The position numbers were made by a program, and so were the translations under genes. From IMG/VR virus record IMGVR_UViG_3300028909_000017, positions 1 to 64,000 of that record: DNA of 64,000 nucleotides. One strand, 5' to 3'. Below, in pieces: positions 37,357-46,672 of the stretch (position 1 is its first letter; each line of letters starts with the position of its first letter). This DNA is from a virus. Under the pieces are notes generated by a model that saw only the letters and a program-made list of their open reading frames with translations, ran no database searches and was not told the DNA's origin.

Positions 37357-38682
37357 TTACCTTTCAAACCAAATTTTAATTTGCACAAGAGCAACGGCCT
37401 GTTCTTTTGTTGTTATTACTCCATCGAGCTGAGCCGTTTCTACAGCTTCCAACAAAATTTTAAAATTGGGACCTGGCTTCATTCCCATTTCAATTAGATC
37501 ATTACCAGTGAGCAATCTTTCGGGTCTCAATTCTTCCGGGGCCATACTTTCCAGAAAATTTTTGCAAAAATCATGATCGGTCAAATTGCCATTGCTGCCG
37601 AGACTGTCAAATTTATTAAGTTCAAGCAATTCACTAAAGTTGTCTGAACGAACAAATCTTTTCAATTTCGAAACATTCATGTGCGACGTATTAAAAAATC
37701 GCATATGGTTTGCAACCAGATCCGTCACGGTATCGACAACTTCGTTTGAAAATCGAAGATCGCGTAATGTATTTTTGGTCATCTTTGCTCCAACATGTTC
37801 ATGACCAAAAAATTGATTATGTCCAGTTGACGGATTACGCTTTGCTGTTACAGGCTTTCCCACGTCGTGAAAAAGTACGCCAAGCGCGAGGGTCAGAGAA
37901 CAATTGGGCTTCAAAAAGGAAAGCATTTTCAATGTATGATTCCACACATTTCCTTCCGGGTGCCATTTTTCATTCTGATCTACACCACGCATCCTGCAAA
38001 AATCAGGCAAAACATACTGAAGAATACCGGTTTCATCGAACAATTTAAATGCAACATCAACATTACCTCCAGTAAGAATCTTGCTTAATTCACCAGCGAT
38101 ACGATCGGCGGGCAATGTTTTAACGGACGATGCAAATTCTGTAATTGCGGCTTTTGTTTCTGATTCGATTGTAAATCCCAATCGAGCAGCGAATCGTACT
38201 GCCCGAAGCAAACGCAATGCATCTTCTTTGAAACGATTCTTTGGATTCCCTACCGTTCTTACTACCTTGTTATTGAGATCATCCAATCCGCCAACAAAAT
38301 CAAATACCTTGCCATTTTTATCCATAAGCAAAGCATTGATTGAAAAATCGCGTCTCAAAACATCTTCTTTGGGATCGTTGGTAAATTTTACGGAATCTGG
38401 ACGGCGTGAGTCAGAATAACTGCCATCTAACCGAAATGTCGCAGTTTCGAATTCATCACCATTCATTTTTACGAGTGATACACCAAAATTCTCCCCAACA
38501 AATTTTGATCCAGGGAAAATTTTAGCAACCTGATCGGGAGTAGCGGAGGTCGTGATGTCGTAATCATGCACCGGCAGATCGAGCAATGTATCTCGTACAC
38601 CCCCGCCAGCCAAGAAAGAGGTAAATCCTTCATTTTCAAGAATTTGCATTACTTTCATCGCATTGTTTTTGGTTGTCATCAT
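37357..38682 (-). CDS. cca: CCA tRNA nucleotidyltransferase with HD domain
   Basis: GGGVRD, DYDITT, RRDFSINAL, EDALRLLRAVRF, HPEG..WNHT, LFHDVGK; ATG at 38682/38679 after GAGGGA. Confidence 0.93.
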   Translation of the reverse strand: MMTTKNNAMKVMQILENEGFTSFLAGGGVRDTLLDLPVHDYDITTSATPDQVAKIFPGSKFVGENFGVSLVKMNGDEFETATFRLDGSYSDSRRPDSVKFTNDPKEDVLRRDFSINALLMDKNGKVFDFVGGLDDLNNKVVRTVGNPKNRFKEDALRLLRAVRFAARLGFTIESETKAAITEFASSVKTLPADRIAGELSKILTGGNVDVAFKLFDETGILQYVLPDFCRMRGVDQNEKWHPEGNVWNHTLKMLSFLKPNCSLTLALGVLFHDVGKPVTAKRNPSTGHNQFFGHEHVGAKMTKNTLRDLRFSNEVVDTVTDLVANHMRFFNTSHMNVSKLKRFVRSDNFSELLELNKFDSLGSNGNLTDHDFCKNFLESMAPEELRPERLLTGNDLIEMGMKPGPNFKILLEAVETAQLDGVITTKEQAVALVQIKIWFER

Positions 38683-38734
38683 TCCCTCACTCACAAATAT
38701 AGTATAGCAATTTTTGGTTTAATTGTCAACCGAT

Positions 38735-38965
38735 TTAATTATTTTTCTCTACGGTACTGAGATAGAACACACTTCCGAACCCGCGTTCAGAATCGTGCTC
38801 AGTCGTTTGCCGGGTGATTTTAACAAGTCCTTTGTCTAACAAATTATTACGTGCATTAACGAGCCGCCCTCCAAAAGGACGTCTTTTAATGATCCCGTGC
38901 TCAATGTTTGCGTAGCCTTTCTTTTCAATTTCATCCATAATCATCTGTTCTGTCTTATTAATCAT
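38735..38965 (-). CDS. Small early protein (possible winged helix)
   Basis: MINKTEQ start after promoter cassette and GAGGT RBS. Confidence 0.55.
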   Translation of the reverse strand: MINKTEQMIMDEIEKKGYANIEHGIIKRRPFGGRLVNARNNLLDKGLVKITRQTTEHDSERGFGSVFYLSTVEKNN

Positions 38966-39038
38966 TACCTTTACCTCATTGAAATAATTATAGCAAAGTT
39001 CGGTACATATTGCAACCGAAAAAGTCAAAATAATTATT

Positions 39039-39174
39039 GTTGAAAACAAAGGACTTAATTTTCCATTTACGGGGATTATTTTAGCTTGGCATGGTTATAT
39101 ATGGTTGAATGGTTGCTAGGGCAATGTCGGGCAAATTCATTGTTAATGCGGTAATTAAGTCCTTTGTTTTCAAT
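39039..39174. repeat. Inverted-repeat-bounded module, copy 3 (136 bp)
   Basis: GTTGAAAACAAAGGACTTAATT ... AATTAAGTCCTTTGTTTTCAAT; early promoter immediately downstream at ~38987-39015 on the minus strand. Confidence 0.8.
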
Positions 39175-39177
39175 AAA

Positions 39178-39837
39178 TCACTGTGATAATTTATAGATCA
39201 TCATTTGTTCACGAGGCAATAATACTGAAGCGCTTGAATAAATTGTAGATTTTATTCGGCCGAATTTATTTTTACAGTCATTGTCTTTTCGGTAAATTTA
39301 ATCACTTCACCGATTTGCATTTCATTACAACTTGTAAATGCGATCCAATCTCCTAAATAAATTGGACTGCCGATAATATCCAGCATGAATGTTATTACGG
39401 GTTTCGGTGGGGTTGCAACTCGCTTCTTTTTTGCATCGATTCGATCAAGTTTGATGGCCGATTTAATTTCTGATAAAATCGGATCAGATGCATCAACTAC
39501 CATATATAAATCGGATGTTGACCGTGCCCGGCGACTGTAAACAATACCTAAATTATCTTGACTATTTTTAAAATCGCCGGCACCCGCTTTGGAATATCCG
39601 TATTTAGATAAAATCTTGGAAATTCTATCGGTGCCATTTATATTACTACTAATGACAAATTTATAAGCAAGTTTTCTTTCTTCGGTTTCACATATACTCA
39701 AAATATATCCGGCATATTCTTGATTACATATCGGACATGATTTTGCCTGATTATAATTTGAATAAGAATAATCTTGGTATAATTTTGATGTATAAAAATG
39801 TTTATTTTTTGCAATATGCTAGAACATATATGCTCAT
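39178..39837 (-). pseudogene. Doubly frameshifted paralog of 40065..40838
   Basis: MSIYVLAYC / KHFY...CPIC...DIIG...G.VIKF.EKT / ...EQMMIYKLSQ* across frames. Confidence 0.7.
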
Positions 39838-40043
39838 TCATCCTCCCAAAATCCTTGTCTTTCATCAGTAAATCTTCGATTAATATATTTGATAATTTGT
39901 GCATGGGTTCTTGCCAGTGAACGAATCTTTCTTCGTTCGTGTTGATTTGACAATTTAGAAAATTCCAATAACGCCAAATATGCACGTGAATTTTTGGGAA
40001 AACTCCATTTTTGTGCGAGTTGATTTGCCAGAGTGTTTTTCAT
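39834..40043 (-). CDS. Hypothetical protein
   Basis: 69 aa, GAGGT RBS. Confidence 0.55.
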   Translation of the reverse strand: MKNTLANQLAQKWSFPKNSRAYLALLEFSKLSNQHERRKIRSLARTHAQIIKYINRRFTDERQGFWEDE

Positions 40044-40064
40044 AATTTACCTCTTAGAGGAAAG

Positions 40065-40838
40065 TTATCCTAATGAAAGTTTATGTATCATCAATTGATT
40101 TTCATCCAGCACGACAATTTGGGATGAAGTAATGTTATATTTAATACATTGATTATTGGGGTTGCAATGCTCAATTTGAACAGTTTTGTTGGAAAATTTT
40201 AAAATTTTTCCATACCGTAAATAACCATATGCAACAAATCCGACATATTGACCCACGTGTAATTCCTTACCAATAAAATCACTGAACGTATTGATAATTT
40301 TGGGTTTTTTGGTAATGTTTGATTGCTGCTTTCGTATATTTGATAGCAAGCCAGCCATATCTTTTAATAATTTTGTATTATCCGATACGATAATCATTTT
40401 GATGGTTTTGTTTTTGGAATTAGGTATGAAGAAACAGAATTCATTGTCGTTTTGAAATGCAATTTCATAACCTTTACGGCTTTCATTAAGAACAAACCCA
40501 TATGAATTAATCAATTGGATGATTGAATTATTTGAAAATGATTTAATATATTTCATCGAGTCATGCGGTATATGGTCTGTAAATAAATTTACAGAAAATG
40601 TTTTGCAATTTATGGACGCCGAAGTATTTTTACGCAGGTCAACATAGTCAATTATCCAATCAGAAGTCGAATAGCCGAGTCTAATACAATCTGGGCAATT
40701 TCGGTCATACTTTAATTGAGCCAATCCCAGCCGTTCGATCCGTTCCTGATTGCAGACAAAATAATGATTATGACCGCACTTAGCCAATATCGGTTTAATA
40801 GTCAATATCGGTTTAAATGTACTATCAACATTTCCCAT
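40065..40838 (-). CDS. Hypothetical protein with N-terminal Zn-binding motif
   Basis: CGH...CPDC; ends LMIHKLSLG; GGAGG RBS. Confidence 0.65.
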   Translation of the reverse strand: MGNVDSTFKPILTIKPILAKCGHNHYFVCNQERIERLGLAQLKYDRNCPDCIRLGYSTSDWIIDYVDLRKNTSASINCKTFSVNLFTDHIPHDSMKYIKSFSNNSIIQLINSYGFVLNESRKGYEIAFQNDNEFCFFIPNSKNKTIKMIIVSDNTKLLKDMAGLLSNIRKQQSNITKKPKIINTFSDFIGKELHVGQYVGFVAYGYLRYGKILKFSNKTVQIEHCNPNNQCIKYNITSSQIVVLDENQLMIHKLSLG

Positions 40839-40890
40839 AAATTATCCTCCAGAAATTAAAAATCAGTGAATAGCCGAATATATCCAAAAG

Positions 40891-41241
40891 TTATCGTGGG
40901 ACGCAATAAAGTCGAATTTTTCCGTACGAATTTTTGATTTTAATTCCGAGAGTTTCCGCATATTGATCCAATTGATTAATATTTTGCACATTCGGCATAT
41001 AATTGATCGGACGATTTACGGCAACTGTGATGTGCGTTTTTCGATAATTAACAAACACTTCGGAATGAGGAAAGGCATCCATTGCTCGAGTGGAAATATT
41101 TTCGGCCAGACGAATCCTATCACGGCCATAAAGAGGACGATATTTTTCGTCGTCTGATTTCAACTGAATCATTGCATATACGGCTGAAGTTCGATTTACG
41201 CGCTCATCTGTTGAAACTTTCTGCATACTAACCCTTTCCAT
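40891..41241 (-). CDS. Hypothetical protein
   Basis: 116 aa ORF in early array. Confidence 0.55.
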   Translation of the reverse strand: MERVSMQKVSTDERVNRTSAVYAMIQLKSDDEKYRPLYGRDRIRLAENISTRAMDAFPHSEVFVNYRKTHITVAVNRPINYMPNVQNINQLDQYAETLGIKIKNSYGKIRLYCVPR

Positions 41242-41294
41242 CTGAGATCATTATTAGATTGTTGCTTCCCGTACTAATTCAGTTTACGATGTAA

Positions 41295-41486
41295 TTAAAT
41301 TTGAACATCGTACTGTGCAAGCTCCTCTTTAACCTTCTCGTAAGGATACGCACCCGCAATCGATAGAAATACATTGTCAATTACCCTGTTTGGTACACCA
41401 TGTTTCTTTAGGTCACGGCCAAACCTCCAGCTAAAAAATCGAAATCGTAGCGATTTAAAATTTCTCTTAAGCCAATTCCAATTCAT
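41295..41486 (-). CDS. Hypothetical protein
   Basis: AAGGTG RBS, TATACT promoter upstream. Confidence 0.55.
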   Translation of the reverse strand: MNWNWLKRNFKSLRFRFFSWRFGRDLKKHGVPNRVIDNVFLSIAGAYPYEKVKEELAQYDVQI

Positions 41487-41539
41487 TTAATCACCTTTTC
41501 TCAACAACATAATCAGTATAGCAAATATCGGTTTGAGAG

Positions 41540-41719
41540 TCAACTTATTTCGGGAAAAAGATCAACCTGATTAACGACAATGTCAATGAAGTTAGGCTTA
41601 AATCCAAAAGAATCTTCTAGTTGAGAAAGTTCATCATTTGACGGGTCATGATCAAAAGCTCTTAAAAATGTTGACCCGTCATAACCTTCGTCTTCAAATG
41701 CCAGCCAAATTTTTTGCAT
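41540..41719 (-). CDS. Small early protein
   Basis: MQKIW start directly after promoter-RBS cassette. Confidence 0.6.
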   Translation of the reverse strand: MQKIWLAFEDEGYDGSTFLRAFDHDPSNDELSQLEDSFGFKPNFIDIVVNQVDLFPEIS

Positions 41720-42036
41720 ATCTGATTTCCTCACTGAAATAATTATAGCAAAGTTCGGTTAATATTGCAACCTAAAATTGAATTTTTTTGATGCGAATTT
41801 GAGGTTCATTGAGGGAATTGATGAATGCAGTGATCTGATAGGTATTATCATCCGCAAAAATATTAACGTGTTCGCAATCACCCGCCCGAACGATCGCTAA
41901 ATTTTGGACTGATTCGACTGTAATTGCTTCAATTGAATTAATACTTTCTCCGATTAGCAACTTTTTCATATCTGAGTTCCTCACTGAAATAATTATAGCA
42001 ACGTTCGGTTAATATTGCAACCTAAAATTGAATTTT
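41720..42036 (-). repeat. Two near-identical ~67-bp early promoter-RBS cassettes (41720-41786, 41970-42036)
   Basis: ATCTGA.TTCCTCACTGAAATAATTATAGCAA.GTTCGGTTAATATTGCAACCTAAAATTGAATTTTT direct repeat. Confidence 0.85.
41772..41969 (-). CDS. Small early protein
   Basis: MKKLL start directly after cassette. Confidence 0.6.
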   Translation of the reverse strand: MKKLLIGESINSIEAITVESVQNLAIVRAGDCEHVNIFADDNTYQITAFINSLNEPQIRIKKIQF

Positions 42037-42046
42037 TTGCAATAAA

Positions 42047-42210
42047 TAAGTCCTTTGTTTTCAACAAAATTAATAATTGTTGAAAACAAAGGACTTAATT
42101 TTCTATTTTAGAGTATATTTTTAGATATGTATATAATAGTATAGCCGAGTGTTTATTGGGGTTATACCGAGCATTTTGTTAAAAATTACCCTTTTGCTTT
42201 CAACAGTTTA
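42047..42210. repeat. Inverted-repeat-bounded module, copy 4, plus an extra inverted half-site
   Basis: TAAGTCCTTTGTTTTCAAC (42047) / GTTGAAAACAAAGGACTTA (42079) ... CCCTTTTGCTTTCAAC (42204). Confidence 0.75.
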
Positions 42211-42211
42211 A

Positions 42212-42400
42212 TTATTCGTTTTCCTCGGTCTCTTCCTCATAATCTGCATGAATAAGATCCCGATATGATGGTTTATAACGAAGAGCCCGATCTTTCTTTG
42301 GGGTAATTGCAAATGACGCCTTGGGAGTTCCGATTCGATCTCGGGCGTTCGATTTGACAGCGCTTACTTTACTGAAAACATCCTTCTTTTTTCGTGTCAT
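42212..42400 (-). CDS. Small basic/acidic hypothetical protein
   Basis: 62 aa. Confidence 0.55.
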   Translation of the reverse strand: MTRKKKDVFSKVSAVKSNARDRIGTPKASFAITPKKDRALRYKPSYRDLIHADYEEETEENE

Positions 42401-42615
42401 TATCGACCCCTTCCCATTTGTCTCTTAATTTTTGCAGCCATACACATTGCCCAAAGTCCGCCAAAATATTCCAATGAGTGATTAAATCGTTCCTCTGGAG
42501 TGGCCGTTAGCATAAAGTGAATACGCCAGAGAACAATAAACAGCATGAATAAACAGAGGCCGGTGCATCCCAATAATGTTCCACCAATCAAAACCCACAT
42601 TACAAAATCAATCAT
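42400..42615 (-). CDS. Small membrane protein
   Basis: Long hydrophobic N-terminus; TTGACA-17-TATACT promoter upstream. Confidence 0.6.
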   Translation of the reverse strand: MIDFVMWVLIGGTLLGCTGLCLFMLFIVLWRIHFMLTATPEERFNHSLEYFGGLWAMCMAAKIKRQMGRGR

Positions 42616-42673
42616 GCAAACTCCATTTCCTAATCACAAATATAGTATAGCAAAGGTCGAACCGAATGTCAAC

Positions 42674-43285
42674 CTAAATTTCTGTTGTCTCTAACTCGTT
42701 GAGACATTGGAACTTGGTTCCATTAATTTCTTCAGTCAGAGATAAATGATAGTGGCCACAGAACCAATATTTGGGTTGGAATTGATCGAACATTGCTGAT
42801 AATGCTTGACCGGTTCGGGTGGGATGTAGATTGGCTGATCCGTCAATTGAATAAATGGATAATAGTTTTTTGGCAAATACCGAACACACATCATGTGTTA
42901 TCATGATTTCTGGTTTAAAATCTAAATATTGCTCCATGACTGTATCAAGTTCGGGTAGAGATAATTCTTCATCTCTCCACCATGACAGTCCTTCCCGTCG
43001 ATATTTATAATCTATCGACCAAGCACCGCCCATCCAAAATACTTTCCTATCTTCGATGATTTTACTTCCGTAATCACCCATATAATTGGGATGAATTTTA
43101 CAGACAGCAGGATTATCGTGATTCCCACGGAAAAATAATGCATTGGGTGGAAAAGTAGGAACGGTCGATTCACCGTGAAATCCAAGTCCAAAATCTCCGA
43201 TTTGAACTATTAATTTATCCGAATTTGTTACGGCTATTTTTTTAAATTCTTTAAATTTTCCATGAGTGTCGCCGCAAATTAGCAT
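42674..43285 (-). CDS. Calcineurin-like metallophosphoesterase
   Basis: GDTHG, IGDFG, RGNHD, ITHD, GHYH. Confidence 0.9.
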   Translation of the reverse strand: MLICGDTHGKFKEFKKIAVTNSDKLIVQIGDFGLGFHGESTVPTFPPNALFFRGNHDNPAVCKIHPNYMGDYGSKIIEDRKVFWMGGAWSIDYKYRREGLSWWRDEELSLPELDTVMEQYLDFKPEIMITHDVCSVFAKKLLSIYSIDGSANLHPTRTGQALSAMFDQFQPKYWFCGHYHLSLTEEINGTKFQCLNELETTEI

Positions 43286-43294
43286 AGGACTCCT

Positions 43295-43582
43295 TTACCC
43301 GTTGAAAAGAATGTCATTCGGGTCAATTAAATCTTTGCTGGTCGGTTTGGATGGGTGATTCCATTTTAATTTGTCGGTACGAAATTCTTCTAGTGCAATT
43401 TTTGCGAATCGACTTTGAACAATTTCTTCGTGCCCGGGATCGAATTCCGGACTTAATCCTTTTTTAACTGGGTAACCTTTAATTAGTTGATTGACACGTT
43501 TCATAATAATGCCAGCCAATACAAATCGTGAACCGGCTTTTGATTCATGTTCTTGAATGGTAAGAATTTTTTCGTTAAGCAT
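43295..43582 (-). CDS. rpoZ: RNA polymerase omega subunit-like protein
   Basis: SRFVLAGIIMKRVNQLIKG...KIALEEF...KL matches the RpoZ (S/N)R(F/Y).L......RA.QL..G....ALEE pattern. Confidence 0.65.
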   Translation of the reverse strand: MLNEKILTIQEHESKAGSRFVLAGIIMKRVNQLIKGYPVKKGLSPEFDPGHEEIVQSRFAKIALEEFRTDKLKWNHPSKPTSKDLIDPNDILFNG

Positions 43583-43606
43583 CGTTTTCCTTGTAATTAT
43601 TTATTT

Positions 43607-44362
43607 TTAATCGGAGTATACTTCTGGAAATAGAACTTGATCGTAGTATGGATTTACAATTAATTCGGCTTCTTCATAAATCGATCCTTTATGAAGGAAT
43701 TTGTGTGGTTTAACTTGCTCTGGCAATGGAATTGCATTAAAAAATTGTGGTAAATATGTACGAAAATATCGAAGTAGTGGAATGGCAATTTGCCTCATTT
43801 GGGGATGTGCTGCGACGGGTGTTCGTTTCGAAAGAAAATTATTCCAACTTCCCAAATTTAATGTTGCAGCATATTCTGTTTTAACTCCGGTTGGAAGAAA
43901 ATATCTAGTTTTTTCGGGAGTCCAAGATCTATTTCTCCACCGAGCATATCGTTCATCGTCTTCATGCAGGTCAGATAAAAATTCATCCCAATATTCTCCG
44001 CCAACAGACATCCAAGGTGGAAGAATATATGCTACTCCTTTACCACTATAATCACAGTACCTCGTAGATTCTTGCAGGTAGGCGGCCATTCTGTGACGAA
44101 CTCCCTCGTGGGAAATTCCGCGGTCTGTAATGAATGTTACTGAAATAAAACGGTGTTCAGCAATACCTGTATGCCTATTTGTATTGAAAATTCTTTCGGG
44201 AAATGTTTTATATGAATCCTCAGTCATCTTACCTTCGGATTTGTAACATTTTCTTGTGAATAGTTCGATTTTTTTGGCCATGTGATCCGCAAGTGTAACC
44301 CCATTGGGAAGGATCATTTCTAACGAATCTTCAACGATTACCATTGGTTTAATTAATTTCAT
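43607..44362 (-). CDS. thyX: Flavin-dependent thymidylate synthase
   Basis: RGISHEGVRHR...QESTRYCDY, R.FLP, AHPQMR. Confidence 0.92.
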   Translation of the reverse strand: MKLIKPMVIVEDSLEMILPNGVTLADHMAKKIELFTRKCYKSEGKMTEDSYKTFPERIFNTNRHTGIAEHRFISVTFITDRGISHEGVRHRMAAYLQESTRYCDYSGKGVAYILPPWMSVGGEYWDEFLSDLHEDDERYARWRNRSWTPEKTRYFLPTGVKTEYAATLNLGSWNNFLSKRTPVAAHPQMRQIAIPLLRYFRTYLPQFFNAIPLPEQVKPHKFLHKGSIYEEAELIVNPYYDQVLFPEVYSD

Positions 44363-44384
44363 TAAATAATGTATCCTTTTAATC

Positions 44385-44594
44385 TTAATTATTAATTCTA
44401 TGGTTAAATGATTTTTCGATTAAATCACCGCATGTTAGACATGTATTGTGAAAGTATTCCACCGAACCATCAGAATGTGCAGTTCCATAAAAATTGGCTG
44501 AAATATTTACGATGTTGGTAAGTTTCCATTTTGTTCCGTCATATGTATGAATATGAGGGGTAGTTGTTTCGATTAGACCCCAGAGTATTTTCAT
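44385..44594 (-). CDS. Small hypothetical protein with CxxC
   Basis: MKILW start after GGAG RBS; HIH...CLTC. Confidence 0.5.
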   Translation of the reverse strand: MKILWGLIETTTPHIHTYDGTKWKLTNIVNISANFYGTAHSDGSVEYFHNTCLTCGDLIEKSFNHRINN

Positions 44595-44610
44595 TATTTT
44601 ATCTCCATTA

Positions 44611-44644
44611 TTAAAAAAGGCAGGCATATGCCTGCCTTTTTTAA
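44611..44644. terminator. Rho-independent terminator
   Basis: AAAAAAGGCAGGCATATGCCTGCCTTTTTT palindrome. Confidence 0.8.
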
Positions 44645-44656
44645 GAGTAATTTAAA

Positions 44657-45151
44657 TTACTTTGCAGCTTCAACTGCAATGCGATTTGAAATCTTTGAAG
44701 AATGGGCAATGGCCTTTGCACGAATACTACCAGCCTTTGCGGCGCGGGCAGAGTTTACAATCGTATTGACCAGCGTCGATGACTCGGATGGGGTTTCTGA
44801 TTCAACCTTTGGTGTCTTTACAGCCTTCACCTTGGGTGTGGCAACCTTCTTTTCCTTCGGAACCTTAATTGCCTTCACCTTAGGTACCTTGGGAGTATTT
44901 GCCGCCACAATTGCGGTTTCCTTCTCTTCTATAGCTTGAAGATTAACTCCCTCGGGAGTATTTGCCTTAAGATATGCAATGGCGTCAATCTTTGTCATTG
45001 GTTCGGGGAGGTCAACGAGAACAATTTCGGAATTTCCGGCACGTTCAAGCATCTTCAGGCGTGTTTTACGATCATTGGCGAAACGTGCCTTGTAAGAGCC
45101 TTCAAAAAGTGCTGAACCTGCAAGTGCATAAAGCTTATTATCAATAGCCAT
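44657..45151 (-). CDS. Probable DNA-binding protein with histone-H1-like K/P/A/V tail
   Basis: KARFAND...DLPEPMTK N-domain; PKVPKVKAIKVPKEKKVATPKVK tail. Confidence 0.6.
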   Translation of the reverse strand: MAIDNKLYALAGSALFEGSYKARFANDRKTRLKMLERAGNSEIVLVDLPEPMTKIDAIAYLKANTPEGVNLQAIEEKETAIVAANTPKVPKVKAIKVPKEKKVATPKVKAVKTPKVESETPSESSTLVNTIVNSARAAKAGSIRAKAIAHSSKISNRIAVEAAK

Positions 45152-45542
45152 TTAATTTTTTCCTTTTCAGTTGAGTGCCGCTTTGCGGTCACCGGTTAAT
45201 GTTTTATGATGAATCGATCCGTCGCCGTAATCATCACAATTTCAATTACTTATATAGTATAACAAAGTTCGATGTAAATGTCAAATTTTATTTTTAATTA
45301 AATCGGCAATTTCAAGCATCAGCGACGCTATTCCAATTAGCATAAAGAAAAATGACAGTAACATTAGAAAAATTACAGAAAAATGCGGGAAAATACATGC
45401 GGTGCAACAAGCAAGAATGTTATACCAATCGTAAACCATCTGTATGTCCATTTATTTGTCATTTGATCTCCTCACTGAAATAATTATAGCAAACCAACAA
45501 CCTTATGTCAAGAGAAATTTTAAATTATTGAAATAATAGGAC

Positions 45543-45845
45543 TTATTCTACACTTCCTATACCCGGTACTTGATCGTAAACAGTACCAGTTGATTTAACT
45601 GCTCCTTCTCGAACGAGAAGCCGCCAACTACCATCTTTTATTCGAATTACATATCCCGATGGGATTTCTTCGGTTGGATTTGTTATTTTTCGCCATCCAC
45701 CACATGTACATTTGTAAGGCGGCATACGACCATTACAAGGATCAATGCATCCCCCAGCGATAACGGAACCATTTTTTACCATTCGATTGGCTTCAGAACC
45801 ACTTCGGGCCATTTTAAGGCTTACCAATGCTTTTACAATTTTCAT
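45543..45845 (-). CDS. S4-like RNA-binding domain protein with 4-Cys insertion
   Basis: LV.LKMARSGSEANRMVKNGSV matches the S4 L...G.A.S.SEARR.I..G.V motif. Confidence 0.6.
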   Translation of the reverse strand: MKIVKALVSLKMARSGSEANRMVKNGSVIAGGCIDPCNGRMPPYKCTCGGWRKITNPTEEIPSGYVIRIKDGSWRLLVREGAVKSTGTVYDQVPGIGSVE

Positions 45846-45995
45846 TTTCCCACCACTTAAATAAGTATAGCAAATTGATCAATAAATGTCAACCGAATAT
45901 ATATTCTTTATTTTTAGTAAAAAATCATAACCTTTTTAAATCAATAAAAAGAAAATTGCCGGTTGTTCGACATAAATACGAGTAGAGGATTATTC

Positions 45996-46661
45996 ATGTC
46001 ATTACATCAAAATTCCAAAGTCAAAGTTCGGGCAGGATTGCAACAAAATTTGCCGCAATTATCTAAGGGAGAACTTGGCTGGGCAATAGACACACAACGA
46101 CTTTTTATTGGAAATGGAGAAGTTGTTGACGGTGCCCCATACGCAGGTAATACGGAAATTTCAACTGTTCCAAATAGTCTTGCTGGTTCGGCTGGATATC
46201 CGAGAGCCGGAATCCCTACTGGAATTATTGATGGGGTAAATAAAATTTTCACAGTCCCATTTACGCCAATACCAGAAACATTAATTGTTTTTAATAATAT
46301 CGCATTAATTCCTGGTGTCGGGTTCACAGCTAAAGGCAATATAATAACCTATACAACTGCTCCTGTTGTTGATGATAAATTATATTATTATTGCTGGCAA
46401 TATTTGGTTTACGTATCATCCAATGTAAATAGTGGGTCTTCATTATACGGAAGTCCAGTGGTTAGTGGAATCACTAACGGGGTCAATACTCTGTTTAGTT
46501 TAGCATCATTTCCGTCACAACCGTCTGCACTTATTTTAACATTGGGAGGAATAGCATTAACTCAGGGAGTAGATTATGATTATACACTTTCTGGCATCGA
46601 TATTATTATGAATTATGCTCCACCAACAGATTCAATTTTACGGGCGTATTACACAATTTAA
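45996..46661 (+). CDS. Tail-fibre-associated structural protein (Mtd-N-like N-terminus)
   Basis: KVRAG...LPQLSKGELGWAIDTQRLFIGNG; G.N..F repeats; TAAATA upstream. Confidence 0.7.
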   Translation: MSLHQNSKVKVRAGLQQNLPQLSKGELGWAIDTQRLFIGNGEVVDGAPYAGNTEISTVPNSLAGSAGYPRAGIPTGIIDGVNKIFTVPFTPIPETLIVFNNIALIPGVGFTAKGNIITYTTAPVVDDKLYYYCWQYLVYVSSNVNSGSSLYGSPVVSGITNGVNTLFSLASFPSQPSALILTLGGIALTQGVDYDYTLSGIDIIMNYAPPTDSILRAYYTI

Positions 46662-46672
46662 ATGGGGAATTC

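Noticed and set aside
41720-42210. CRISPR array suggested by recurring repeats
   Set aside because: The repeats are promoter-RBS units separated by whole genes, not 30-40 bp spacers; no cas genes.
45160-45240. c-di-GMP-I riboswitch suggested by GACCGCAAAGC
   Set aside because: Lacks the preceding GGCAAACC...GAAA P2 stem; the resemblance is too short.
45996-46661. Diversity-generating retroelement suggested by the Mtd-N-like domain
   Set aside because: No reverse transcriptase and no template/variable repeat pair with adenine-specific differences seen in the window.
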